DNA of 64,000 nucleotides from an uncultured bacterium (lineage in GTDB: Bacteria > Hydrothermota > UBA3073 > NMUJ01 > CBEVQO01), in assembly GCA_965552055.1 (NCBI GenBank), contig CBEVQO010000001.1:406779-470778 (forward strand). The letters are read 5' to 3'. A program made the translations under genes and the position numbers. Position 1 is the stretch's first letter, and each line of letters starts with the position of its first letter. The notes beneath the pieces were generated by a model that had not been told where the DNA came from, ran no database searches, and was given only the letters and a program-made list of their open reading frames with translations. Shown one piece after another: positions 26,811 through 34,877 of the stretch.

Positions 26811-28114
26811 CTGAATTTTTTAATAATATCTTCAATTATTTCCTTTGTCAAGTTTAAGTTACTGGTTTCACAGATTATCCTAACTACCGGTTCTGTATTT
26901 GATTTTCTTACATGCAAAAAGCCCTCTTCAAAACCCAGCCATAATCCATCTTCCAGATTAATATCTGCATCAGGAAAATCTTCCAGTATTTCATCTACAG
27001 GTATTTCCTTATCCCATCTTATTTTTTCCTTCATCATATAATATTTCGGAAGTTCATCAACGATTTCCGATAATTTTCTATCTTCTTTCGTCAGCAAATC
27101 AAGTATAAGAGCCACTCCTGTTAAGGAATCCCTTGTAAAATTTATTTCGGGATAAATAACACCTCCATTTCCCTCACCACCATATTTTGCACCTACCTCG
27201 AGCATCCTTGATACCACATTTGCTTCGCCTACTGCAGTCCTGTAAACTTTTGCCCCGATTTTATCCGCAATAACTTCAATCAATCTGCTCGTTGATAAAT
27301 TTGTCACAATTTTATCTCCTTCTTTTATAACATTTAAACCGCAAAGAGGAAAGGTATATTCTTCGCCGATTGCCCTTCCTTTATCATCAACTATCGATAA
27401 CCTATCGCCATCGGGGTCTGTTGCAAAGCCCACATCTAACTTTTTATTCTTTACAATTTCGCACAAATCCTTGAGAGCAGAGGGAACAGGTTCGGGAGAC
27501 CTTGTAAATTCACCCGTCAATTCACAGTTTATAGAATAAATTTCACAATTCAATTTTTCCAGTAAATATTTTAACGCATACGAAGTTGCACCATTACAGC
27601 AATCAATTCCTACTTTGAACCCCTTCTCTTTAATCCTTTCTACATCTATTTTTTCAAAAATTTTGTTAATATGTCTTTCAATTGCTTTCCCATCCTTTTC
27701 TTCTTTCCCTTTACCTTCTTTATAATTTTTGCTTTCATAGATTTTGTAAAATTCATCGATTTCTTTTTTTGACAAAAATAATCCTTTTTCTGATACGAAT
27801 TTAAATCCGTTCCATTCTTCAGGGTTATGGCTTGCTGTGACAACGACACCTCCTGCCAGCTTCAATTCTCTTACATTTAAAAGCAGAGTGGGAGTAGGTG
27901 CGATATCAAAGTCAACAACATCACATCCCGCGGATAACAACCCTTCTTTAAGTTTTTGTAGCAAAATTTTGCCAGATCTACGGGTATCACGGCAGACACC
28001 GATTTTGCCATGCTTATAGGTGCTAAAAGCTTTTCCAAGCGTAAAAGATAAACTCTCATCAAAATCTTTTCCATAAATTCCCCTTACACCCGATATAGTA
28101 AAAAATAAAGCCAT
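26807..28114 (-). CDS. glmM: Phosphoglucosamine/phosphomannomutase (alpha-D-phosphohexomutase family)
   Basis: ISGVRG, TASHNPEEWNGFKF (phosphoserine loop), GDGDR and other PHM motifs. glmM is assigned because glmS is adjacent; the sequence looks like the archaeal-type mutase. Confidence 0.7.
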   Translation of the reverse strand: MALFFTISGVRGIYGKDFDESLSFTLGKAFSTYKHGKIGVCRDTRRSGKILLQKLKEGLLSAGCDVVDFDIAPTPTLLLNVRELKLAGGVVVTASHNPEEWNGFKFVSEKGLFLSKKEIDEFYKIYESKNYKEGKGKEEKDGKAIERHINKIFEKIDVERIKEKGFKVGIDCCNGATSYALKYLLEKLNCEIYSINCELTGEFTRSPEPVPSALKDLCEIVKNKKLDVGFATDPDGDRLSIVDDKGRAIGEEYTFPLCGLNVIKEGDKIVTNLSTSRLIEVIADKIGAKVYRTAVGEANVVSRMLEVGAKYGGEGNGGVIYPEINFTRDSLTGVALILDLLTKEDRKLSEIVDELPKYYMMKEKIRWDKEIPVDEILEDFPDADINLEDGLWLGFEEGFLHVRKSNTEPVVRIICETSNLNLTKEIIEDIIKKFR

Positions 28115-28122
28115 CCAATAAT

Positions 28123-29256
28123 TTATTTATAAACTTCAAGATGTTTCTTTGCTACATTATCCCATGATGTCATTAAACCATATTCTTTTGTTTTTTCTTT
28201 TATTTCTCTGTAAAATTTTTCATCTTCTACGAGTCTCAGAATTAATCTACAGAGTGCTTTTTTATCTTCTGGTAAAATAAGCAATTCTGGTGATACATTT
28301 GCCAGTTCTTCGAATTTTGGTATTCTTGAAGCGATAACGGGCTTGCCTGCTCCCATAGCAAGATGGAAAGCACCCGAAGCCGACCTGTAATCTTCATAAT
28401 AGGGGAAAAGAACAAGGTCGGATGCCCCAAAGATATAAGGAACATCTTCATTTGGTAAAAATCTGTTCGGGAAAATAACATTTTCCTCAAGTCCCAGATC
28501 TTTTATTAAATTTTCGCACATCTTGACATAAGGATGTTCCTCGGGTTTCCTTGGATATGCACCGCCTGCTATGAAAAGATAAACATCTTTTTTCTTTTCT
28601 ACAATCTCTTTCATGGCTTCAATCACTATGTGGATTTTTTTATGCGGTCTTACAAATCCAAATAATAAAATTATAAATCCTTTTTCTGGCAGATTTAGAT
28701 GTTTACGGGAAACTATCGTGTCAACATCCTGTATCTCTGAACCATGTGGTATCACCACCAGTTTTTCGGAAGGCACTCCTTCTCTTTCCAGAATTTTTTT
28801 GCATTCATCAAGATGCAATATAACTTTTGTAGCGGGAGATAAAAATTTGCGATTGAATTCTTCCATATCCATTTCAACACCGTAATCCCTTCCGTAATCG
28901 CATGTTACATTTGTGTGAACACAGTGCATCGTTATAATAAGCTTTGCCTTTTTTGATAATTCTTCTGTGAGATGTGGTAATCTTTCATCAAATCTCCAGA
29001 TACTATATTCATGTTGCATGTGTATAACATCAACTTCCTCAAGGTTTTCGAGAATCTGTGATACATAATCTTCTTTTCTGCTCCAGCAGGGATTTACTTT
29101 GAGCCGGTCTTCTTCAACTTTCTCTGCTTCTTTTTCAGCCAGTATCAATACCTTTATATCTTTATCAACTCTTTTCAATCCGTGTATCAAATAATCCGTG
29201 TATGTAGCTATACCGCACTGCTGTGGTAAATAGGTTGATAAGATGCAAATCCTCAT
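28123..29256 (-). CDS. Glycosyltransferase family 4 (GT-B fold)
   Basis: The C-terminal E..(7)E / GxP.(I/V)AS motif is typical of GT4 retaining glycosyltransferases. Confidence 0.7.
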   Translation of the reverse strand: MRICILSTYLPQQCGIATYTDYLIHGLKRVDKDIKVLILAEKEAEKVEEDRLKVNPCWSRKEDYVSQILENLEEVDVIHMQHEYSIWRFDERLPHLTEELSKKAKLIITMHCVHTNVTCDYGRDYGVEMDMEEFNRKFLSPATKVILHLDECKKILEREGVPSEKLVVIPHGSEIQDVDTIVSRKHLNLPEKGFIILLFGFVRPHKKIHIVIEAMKEIVEKKKDVYLFIAGGAYPRKPEEHPYVKMCENLIKDLGLEENVIFPNRFLPNEDVPYIFGASDLVLFPYYEDYRSASGAFHLAMGAGKPVIASRIPKFEELANVSPELLILPEDKKALCRLILRLVEDEKFYREIKEKTKEYGLMTSWDNVAKKHLEVYK

Positions 29257-29295
29257 AATCCCCCTTTTATATTTTGCAGAAATAATAAATTTGTC

Positions 29296-29492
29296 AATAA
29301 AATTTTTAATGCGAGCGAAGCGAGCACATTACATATGGGTTGATATGTCAGCCCATTACGGTGATGTGGGTTATTCTGGGTTTTTACGCTTTATCTTCTG
29401 ATTGCGTTATAGCTGGAGTAGTAGTGGGCTGACTTAATCGGGAAGGCGGGGACAGCGGAGGCGGGGCTAAAAATTATTGACAGAAGTAGGGA
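29296..29492. repeat. GC-rich dispersed intergenic element, long copy A
   Basis: About 197 bp at roughly 55% GC in a 35% GC genome, sitting exactly between two divergent -35 boxes. Its termini match the short copy at 48562-48630 (in reverse orientation), with about 120 bp of extra internal sequence. Confidence 0.6.
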
Positions 29493-29503
29493 TGGATTAA
29501 AAT
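29477..29503 (+). promoter_or_regulatory. Sigma-70-like promoter for the DUF72 gene
   Basis: ttgacagaagtagggatggattaaaat, an 11-nt leader, then ATG at 29515. Confidence 0.45.
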
Positions 29504-29514
29504 AAATAAAAATT

Positions 29515-30204
29515 ATGGAAATTTTTGTTGGAACTTCTGGATGGTATTATTCGTGGAATTTAGAAGGAACTTTTGACTGGTATCTTAAAAATTCTGGTTT
29601 AAATGCAATAGAATTGAATGCTTCTTTTTATCGCTTCCCTTTTCCCAATCAGGTAAAGAGCTGGGCAAATAAAGGGAGAAATCTCCACTGGGTTGTAAAG
29701 GTTAACCGTGCGATTACTCACATATTCAGGTTGAATGAGAAAGCTTTTGCAAGATGGCAGAAATTTAAAAATTTATTTTCCCCTCTTGATGATTTTATTG
29801 ACTTTTACTTATTTCAAATGCCACCGAATTTTTCACCGAAATTACTTTCGAGGGTTTTTGAGTTCTTTGAAAAAACGGGTCTTAATGGGAGATTTGCCTT
29901 TGAGCCGCGTCACATTGATTTCTGGCATGAAAATGTAATTTCTGAAATAATAGAAAAAGGCATAATATTTGTATCTGTTGATGCTCCAGATTTACCAAGG
30001 ACAATAATAAATTGCAAAGGAGTAATTTACCTGAGGATTCATGGCAGAACCGCGTGGTATTCCCATTATTATTCAGATGAAGAGTTAAAAGAAATTGCCG
30101 AAAAGATTTTACAACAATCTCCTGAAAAAGTTTATGTATTTTTCAACAACGACCATGCAATGCTCGAAAATGCACAAAGGTTATGGGAAATCCTTAAAGG
30201 ATAG
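29515..30204 (+). CDS. DUF72 family protein (YecE-like)
   Basis: FVGTSGWYYSWNLEGTFDWY…ELNASFYRFP is the DUF72/UPF0759 signature. Confidence 0.8.
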   Translation: MEIFVGTSGWYYSWNLEGTFDWYLKNSGLNAIELNASFYRFPFPNQVKSWANKGRNLHWVVKVNRAITHIFRLNEKAFARWQKFKNLFSPLDDFIDFYLFQMPPNFSPKLLSRVFEFFEKTGLNGRFAFEPRHIDFWHENVISEIIEKGIIFVSVDAPDLPRTIINCKGVIYLRIHGRTAWYSHYYSDEELKEIAEKILQQSPEKVYVFFNNDHAMLENAQRLWEILKG

Positions 30205-30784
30205 AATATTGCCACAGGATTTTTATGCAAGGGATGCAAAAGAAGTAGCAATTGATTTGCTTGGCAAAATACTTGTAAGAAGATATGGCAGGAGGTTTTT
30301 AAAAGTAAAAATAGTTGAAACGGAGGCATATTATGGACATGATGACCCTGCTTCTCGTGCATATCAGGGCAAAATTACAAGGATAAGCAAAGTTATGTAT
30401 GAAGAACCTGGCATTACGCTCATCTACATGGTGCATGGTGGCTGGCTTATGAACATAGTTACAGGTAAAAAGGGCGACGCACAGGCAGTCTTAATAAGGG
30501 CAGGAGAGCCCATCGGTGGTATTGACCTTATGAAAAAATTCAGAAAGAAGGACAATTTGAAAGATTTAACAACAGGACCTGCAAAATTGACCGAAGCATT
30601 AAAGATTACGAAAGAACATCATATGATAAAAGTTTTCGATTATAATTCTCCTGTTTTCGTAATTGAGGGAGAAAGTGATTTTGAAGTGTGTAGCTCTGGC
30701 AGAATAGGGGTAAAACGCGATTTACCCGAGCCTCTTCGCTTCTATATAAAGGGAAACGAATTTGTCAGTAAAATTAAATTTTAA
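30170..30784 (+). CDS. mpg: DNA-3-methyladenine glycosylase (Mpg/AAG family)
   Basis: LPQDFYARDAKEVAIDLLGKILV…VETEAYYGHDDPASRAY…GGIDLMKK…TTGPAKLTEALKI matches PF02245. ATG at 30170 overlaps DUF72 by 35 nt; a TTG at 30209 is the alternative. The track start 30095 is too early. Confidence 0.75.
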   Translation: MHKGYGKSLKDRILPQDFYARDAKEVAIDLLGKILVRRYGRRFLKVKIVETEAYYGHDDPASRAYQGKITRISKVMYEEPGITLIYMVHGGWLMNIVTGKKGDAQAVLIRAGEPIGGIDLMKKFRKKDNLKDLTTGPAKLTEALKITKEHHMIKVFDYNSPVFVIEGESDFEVCSSGRIGVKRDLPEPLRFYIKGNEFVSKIKF

Positions 30785-30787
30785 AAC

Positions 30788-30814
30788 TTGACAAGAAGAA
30801 ATTTTGAATATAAT
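30788..30814 (+). promoter_or_regulatory. Sigma-70-like promoter (TTGACA-15-TATAAT), the only one here followed by a GGAG Shine-Dalgarno
   Basis: ttgacaagaagaaattttgaatataat, then tgaaggagagcg, then ATG at 30827. Confidence 0.5.
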
Positions 30815-30826
30815 TGAAGGAGAGCG

Positions 30827-31765
30827 ATGTATCTTGGAATTGATGTAGGTTCTGTAAGTACCGACCTTGTAGTAATCGATGAAAAATATAATGTTTTATG
30901 TGATGTTTATTTGCCGACGGCAGGTGATCCGATTTCTGCGATCAAAAAGGGGTTGAAGGAGATAAAGGAGCGTCTTGGCGAGGTAAAGATAAAGGGAGTG
31001 GGTACAACCGGTAGTGGGAGGATGCTTGCGGGGATTGTGGTTGGTGCAGACATAGTGAAGAATGAGATAACTGCTCATGCAGTAGCTGCGATACATTATG
31101 TTCCCGATGTTCAAACTGTTATAGAAATTGGTGGTCAGGATTCCAAGATAATAATAATAAGGGATGGTGTTCCTGTTGATTTTGCGATGAATACGGTGTG
31201 TGCTGCGGGTACCGGCTCTTTCCTTGACCATCAGGCTCATCGCCTTGGTATTCCCATTGAGAATTTCGGTGAAATGGCTTTGAAAGCGAATGCACCCACT
31301 AGGATTGCAGGAAGATGCACTGTTTTTGCTGAATCAGATATGATTCACAAGCAACAAATTGGTCATACGAAGGAAAATATAATAGCGGGTTTATGTCATG
31401 CTCTTGTTCGCAATTATCTTGCTAATGTTGCAAAGGGCAAAGAGATTCTTCCGAAAGTTGTATTTCAGGGTGGTGTTGCTGCAAATAAGGGTATGAAAGC
31501 TGCATTTGAAGAGGCACTTGGTATGGAGGTTATAGTTCCTCCTTATCACAAAGTTATGGGAGCGATAGGTGCTGCGATGCTTGCAAAGGAATACACAAAT
31601 GGTTACACAAATTTTAAAGGTTTTGATATAACCACTAAAGATTTTACTCCCAAGAGCTTTATCTGCAAGGATTGTCCTAATGAGTGTGAGATTGTGGAAA
31701 TATGGAGTGGTGAGCGTTTATTAGCGCGCTGGGGGAGTATTTGTGGCAAGTGGAATGTAATTTAG
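30827..31765 (+). CDS. Acyl-CoA dehydratase activase-like ATPase (BadF/BadG/BcrA/BcrD family) with a C-terminal Cys cluster
   Basis: GIDVGSVSTDLVVID…TGSGR…EIGGQDSKII…CAAGTGSFLD, an actin-like ASKHA fold typical of HgdC-type activases; the C-terminus has CKDCPNEC…CGKW. Confidence 0.75.
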   Translation: MYLGIDVGSVSTDLVVIDEKYNVLCDVYLPTAGDPISAIKKGLKEIKERLGEVKIKGVGTTGSGRMLAGIVVGADIVKNEITAHAVAAIHYVPDVQTVIEIGGQDSKIIIIRDGVPVDFAMNTVCAAGTGSFLDHQAHRLGIPIENFGEMALKANAPTRIAGRCTVFAESDMIHKQQIGHTKENIIAGLCHALVRNYLANVAKGKEILPKVVFQGGVAANKGMKAAFEEALGMEVIVPPYHKVMGAIGAAMLAKEYTNGYTNFKGFDITTKDFTPKSFICKDCPNECEIVEIWSGERLLARWGSICGKWNVI

Positions 31766-31766
31766 T

Positions 31767-31850
31767 GCCGAAGTGGCGGAATGGTAGACGCGGCGGACTC
31801 AAAATCCGCTGGGGGTTAACCCCGTGGGGGTTCAAGTCCCTCCTTCGGCA
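31767..31850 (+). tRNA. tRNA-Leu (anticodon CAA)
   Basis: 7-bp acceptor stem GCCGAAG/CUUCGGC, anticodon stem GCGGA/UCCGC with loop CUCAAAA, a long variable arm (class II), T-loop TTCAAGT, discriminator A. It is a GC-rich island in AT-rich surroundings. Confidence 0.85.
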
Positions 31851-31856
31851 CTTGAA

Positions 31857-32168
31857 ATGTATCTGTTTATTGTAATATTTATTCTTTTAATTGCAGTTTT
31901 CGGAATCGTAATCGGTGCACAGAATTATTCTACACTTGTTGACATACAGATTTTAAACAAAACAATAAAAAGTGTTCCTCTCACACTCTTAATAATCGAA
32001 TGCATCGTTGTAGGAATTGTGCTTGCTTTTATCGCAGCCATTTACGATAGAATTGTTCTATCAAGAAAATTAAGGGAAAAAGAGAAAGAAGTTAAAGACC
32101 TTTTAGAGGAGGTAAAGGCTTTAAGGATGTTACCGCCTGAGAGTAGCAGTGAAAGAGAATCTTCTTGA
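31857..32168 (+). CDS. LapA-like inner-membrane protein (DUF1049)
   Basis: Two N-terminal TM helices followed by a coiled coil (REKEKEVKDLLEEVKAL), immediately upstream of a LapB-like gene. The track start 31824 lies inside the tRNA, so the ATG at 31857 is preferred. Confidence 0.55.
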   Translation: MYLFIVIFILLIAVFGIVIGAQNYSTLVDIQILNKTIKSVPLTLLIIECIVVGIVLAFIAAIYDRIVLSRKLREKEKEVKDLLEEVKALRMLPPESSSERESS

Positions 32169-33162
32169 AATTTTAACAATAGCACCTGAGAGCGAAAGAG
32201 AAGTTCTGTTGCGTAAATATATCGACCAGAATCCGAGAGATTTAATAGCATATTTAAAACTGGGAGATATAGTCAGGGGACGCAACCCAAGGGAAGCAAC
32301 GAGAATCCATCTCAGCATAATTTACACTCCGAAGATTGACAAAAAATTGAAAAAAATGGCATTAAAAAGCTTGATAAAAGATTCACTCCAGGATAATAAT
32401 GTTGAGCGCGCAATTTTTTATGCAAAAGAAATTTTGAAAATAGATTCAAGGGATATTGAAACTTATGAAATTTTATACAAACTTTATGAAGAAGTTGAAA
32501 ACTGGGAAGGTGCTGTTCATACTTTTGATGAGTTAAGGAAAATTCGCAAACAAAAAAGTGACATGGAAGAGGCATCCCGGCTTTATGCACTTTGGGGCAA
32601 AAGTTTACTGGATAAAGGTGAAGATAAGAAAGGTCTTGATAAAATAAAAGAATCTCTCAAGATAAAAGAAAATTCATTCTGGGGATTGCTGTATCTCGGC
32701 GAGTATCACAGGAAAAGGGGTGAGCTCGATAAATGCATAGAAGTGTGGGAAAAGCTTCTTTTCACTTATCCCGATAAATCCCATCTGATACTCGAGAAGC
32801 TCGAAGAAGTATTTTACGAAAGCGGTCAATATGACAAGATGGAAGATTTGTATAAAAGATTTTTGAATGAATATCAGGATAATGAAGAAGCATCTGTTCG
32901 TTTTGCCAGAATTTTACTTGCAAAGGGCGAAACGGAAAGAGCTTTAAATATACTCAGTGCAATAAAGAACAATTTCAAAGCAAAAAGAGAACTCATAAAG
33001 CTCCTGATAAAAAATGGCGAAATTGATAAAGCATTACAGGAACTCGAAACACTTGAACCCTTACAGAAATTTATATGCAAGAATTGTAAAAGAATTTTTG
33101 ATGAATTTAGTTTGAAATGTCCACAATGTAAATCGTGGCTGACAATAGAGCCAATTTCCTGA
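32149..33162 (+). CDS. LapB/YciM-like TPR protein with a C-terminal rubredoxin-type zinc ribbon
   Basis: TPR repeats throughout; the C-terminus CKNCKRIFDEFSLKCPQCKSW matches the rubredoxin-like metal-binding domain of LapB. Confidence 0.65.
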   Translation: MKENLLEILTIAPESEREVLLRKYIDQNPRDLIAYLKLGDIVRGRNPREATRIHLSIIYTPKIDKKLKKMALKSLIKDSLQDNNVERAIFYAKEILKIDSRDIETYEILYKLYEEVENWEGAVHTFDELRKIRKQKSDMEEASRLYALWGKSLLDKGEDKKGLDKIKESLKIKENSFWGLLYLGEYHRKRGELDKCIEVWEKLLFTYPDKSHLILEKLEEVFYESGQYDKMEDLYKRFLNEYQDNEEASVRFARILLAKGETERALNILSAIKNNFKAKRELIKLLIKNGEIDKALQELETLEPLQKFICKNCKRIFDEFSLKCPQCKSWLTIEPIS

Positions 33163-34877
33163 AAGAAAAAATCAAAAATTTACCCGATAAACCAGGTGTT
33201 TACATAATGAAAGACGCAAAAGGAAAGGTTTTGTATGTGGGTAAAGCATCTTCTTTGCAGAATCGCCTCAAATCTTATTTTTCTTCTGACCTGCCTGTAA
33301 AAACAAAGGCATTAATGAGAAAAGTTCATGACTTCGATTACATAGTTACAAAATCTGAAGCAGAAGCACTTGCACTTGAAGCAAGTTTGATAAAGTTTCA
33401 TAAACCAGATTACAACATAAGACTAAAAGACGATAAAAAATATCCTTACATAAAGATTACGATTTACGAAGATTTTCCTGCTGTTTATCCAACAAGGGAT
33501 TTAAGGGATAAAAATGCAATTTATTTTGGCCCCTATACAAGTGTAAAGACGATGAAGCGTGCGTTAAAAGCTGTTCGCGATATTTTCCCGGTAAGGATGT
33601 GCAGGACGATGCCTAAAAAAGCTTGCCTTATGTATGATATTGGCAAATGTTCGGGACCATGTGAAGGACATATCTCAAAAGAGGAATATCAAAACCTTGT
33701 GAAAAAATTTATAGATTTGTTATCGGGTAAAACAGAGGAAGTCGAAAAATTACTTGAAAAGGAGATGAAAGAATATGCCGATGCACTTGAATTTGAGAAA
33801 GCAGCTTTAGTTCGCGATAGGTTGCTTTCGGTTCGTGACCTTGTTAAAAAGCAAAGTGTTATTTTTGATAAACCAGAAGATGCAGATGTTTTTGGTGTAG
33901 CACATGCTGGAAATGTTGCATGCTGTGAGCTCATGCATGTAAGAGAAGGAAGACTCATAGGTGCGGAACACTATATCCTTAAATGCTCAAAAGACGATAA
34001 AAATTCGCAAATTTTAAGTGCTTTCGTATCACAATATTATTCGAGCGCTTATTTTAAACCTCAAAAAGTGATAGTGCCGGAGATTGAAGATAAAGAATTA
34101 ATTGAAGAGTGGCTTAAATTAAAAGTTATTATTCCTAAATCTGGCAAAGAAAAAGAAATTTTAAATTTAGCAATGGAGAATGCAAAATTACATTTGATGG
34201 AAGAGACGCCGGAAAAAATTCCTGCTGTTTTGTCGCAGTTAAAAGATATTCTAAAACTTTCTAAAGTTCCAAGAAAAATATATGCTTTTGATGTGTCGCA
34301 TACTTTTGGTGATGAAATCACGGGTTCCTGTGTGGTATTTGAAGATGCCCGTCCAAAAAAATCAGAATATAGAAGGTTTAAGATTAAAACGGTTAAAAAG
34401 ATAGATGATTATTCAGCGATGAGAGAAATCGTTTTTCGAAAGGTTCGCGATGATGGAGCACCTGATTTTATCCTTGTTGATGGTGGTGTAGGGCAAATAG
34501 GAGCTGCTTTAAAAGCTCTTTCGGAACTTAATGCCGATGTGCCGGTATTCGGGCTGGCAAAGCGCTTTGAGCAACTTTACACTCCTTCAGGCGAAATAGT
34601 GTCTATACCAAAAGATTCAATCGCACTAAGATTGCTTCAAAGGATAAGAAATGAAGCCCACAGATTTGCAGTAAGCTACCACAGGAAATTAAGAGATAAA
34701 ATCGAATTATCTCTTACTGAAATCCCGGGTATCGGTGAAAAGCGTGCAAAAGCTCTCTTGAAATATTTTTATACGATTGACAGGTTAAAAAAGGCATCTG
34801 TTGATGAAATAGCAAAAGTCCCCGGTATTGGTAAGCGTTACGCAGAAATAATTTACAGTTATCTCCATAAAGAATGA
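33135..34877 (+). CDS. uvrC: Excinuclease ABC subunit C
   Basis: GIY-YIG N-terminus (GVYIMKD…VLYVGKA), UvrBC-interaction region, RNase-H-like endonuclease domain and C-terminal (HhH)2. The start overlaps the lapB-like end by 28 nt. Confidence 0.92.
   Translation: MADNRANFLKEKIKNLPDKPGVYIMKDAKGKVLYVGKASSLQNRLKSYFSSDLPVKTKALMRKVHDFDYIVTKSEAEALALEASLIKFHKPDYNIRLKDDKKYPYIKITIYEDFPAVYPTRDLRDKNAIYFGPYTSVKTMKRALKAVRDIFPVRMCRTMPKKACLMYDIGKCSGPCEGHISKEEYQNLVKKFIDLLSGKTEEVEKLLEKEMKEYADALEFEKAALVRDRLLSVRDLVKKQSVIFDKPEDADVFGVAHAGNVACCELMHVREGRLIGAEHYILKCSKDDKNSQILSAFVSQYYSSAYFKPQKVIVPEIEDKELIEEWLKLKVIIPKSGKEKEILNLAMENAKLHLMEETPEKIPAVLSQLKDILKLSKVPRKIYAFDVSHTFGDEITGSCVVFEDARPKKSEYRRFKIKTVKKIDDYSAMREIVFRKVRDDGAPDFILVDGGVGQIGAALKALSELNADVPVFGLAKRFEQLYTPSGEIVSIPKDSIALRLLQRIRNEAHRFAVSYHRKLRDKIELSLTEIPGIGEKRAKALLKYFYTIDRLKKASVDEIAKVPGIGKRYAEIIYSYLHKE

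Noticed and set aside
29296-29492. Element A as a single-copy structured ncRNA (SRP RNA, 6S or tmRNA were considered because of the GGAAGG…CAGC and GGGGCUAA strings)
   Set aside because: The same termini recur at 48562-48630 without the middle 120 bp, which fits a repeat family and not a unique RNA gene. No convincing conserved ncRNA secondary-structure motif could be built by eye, and the tmRNA-like 5' string runs directly into a -35 box.
30095-30169. The ORF-track start of mpg at 30095 (MPKRFYNNLLKKFMYFSTTT…)
   Set aside because: The first 25 codons are junk-like and overlap DUF72 by 110 nt; homology to Mpg begins only at LPQDFYARDA, so the ATG at 30170 or the TTG at 30209 is preferred.
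31824-31856. The ORF-track start of the lapA-like gene inside the tRNA-Leu gene
   Set aside because: It would place a start codon within the tRNA T-arm and acceptor stem; the in-frame ATG at 31857 just past the tRNA gives a normal two-TM LapA-like N-terminus.
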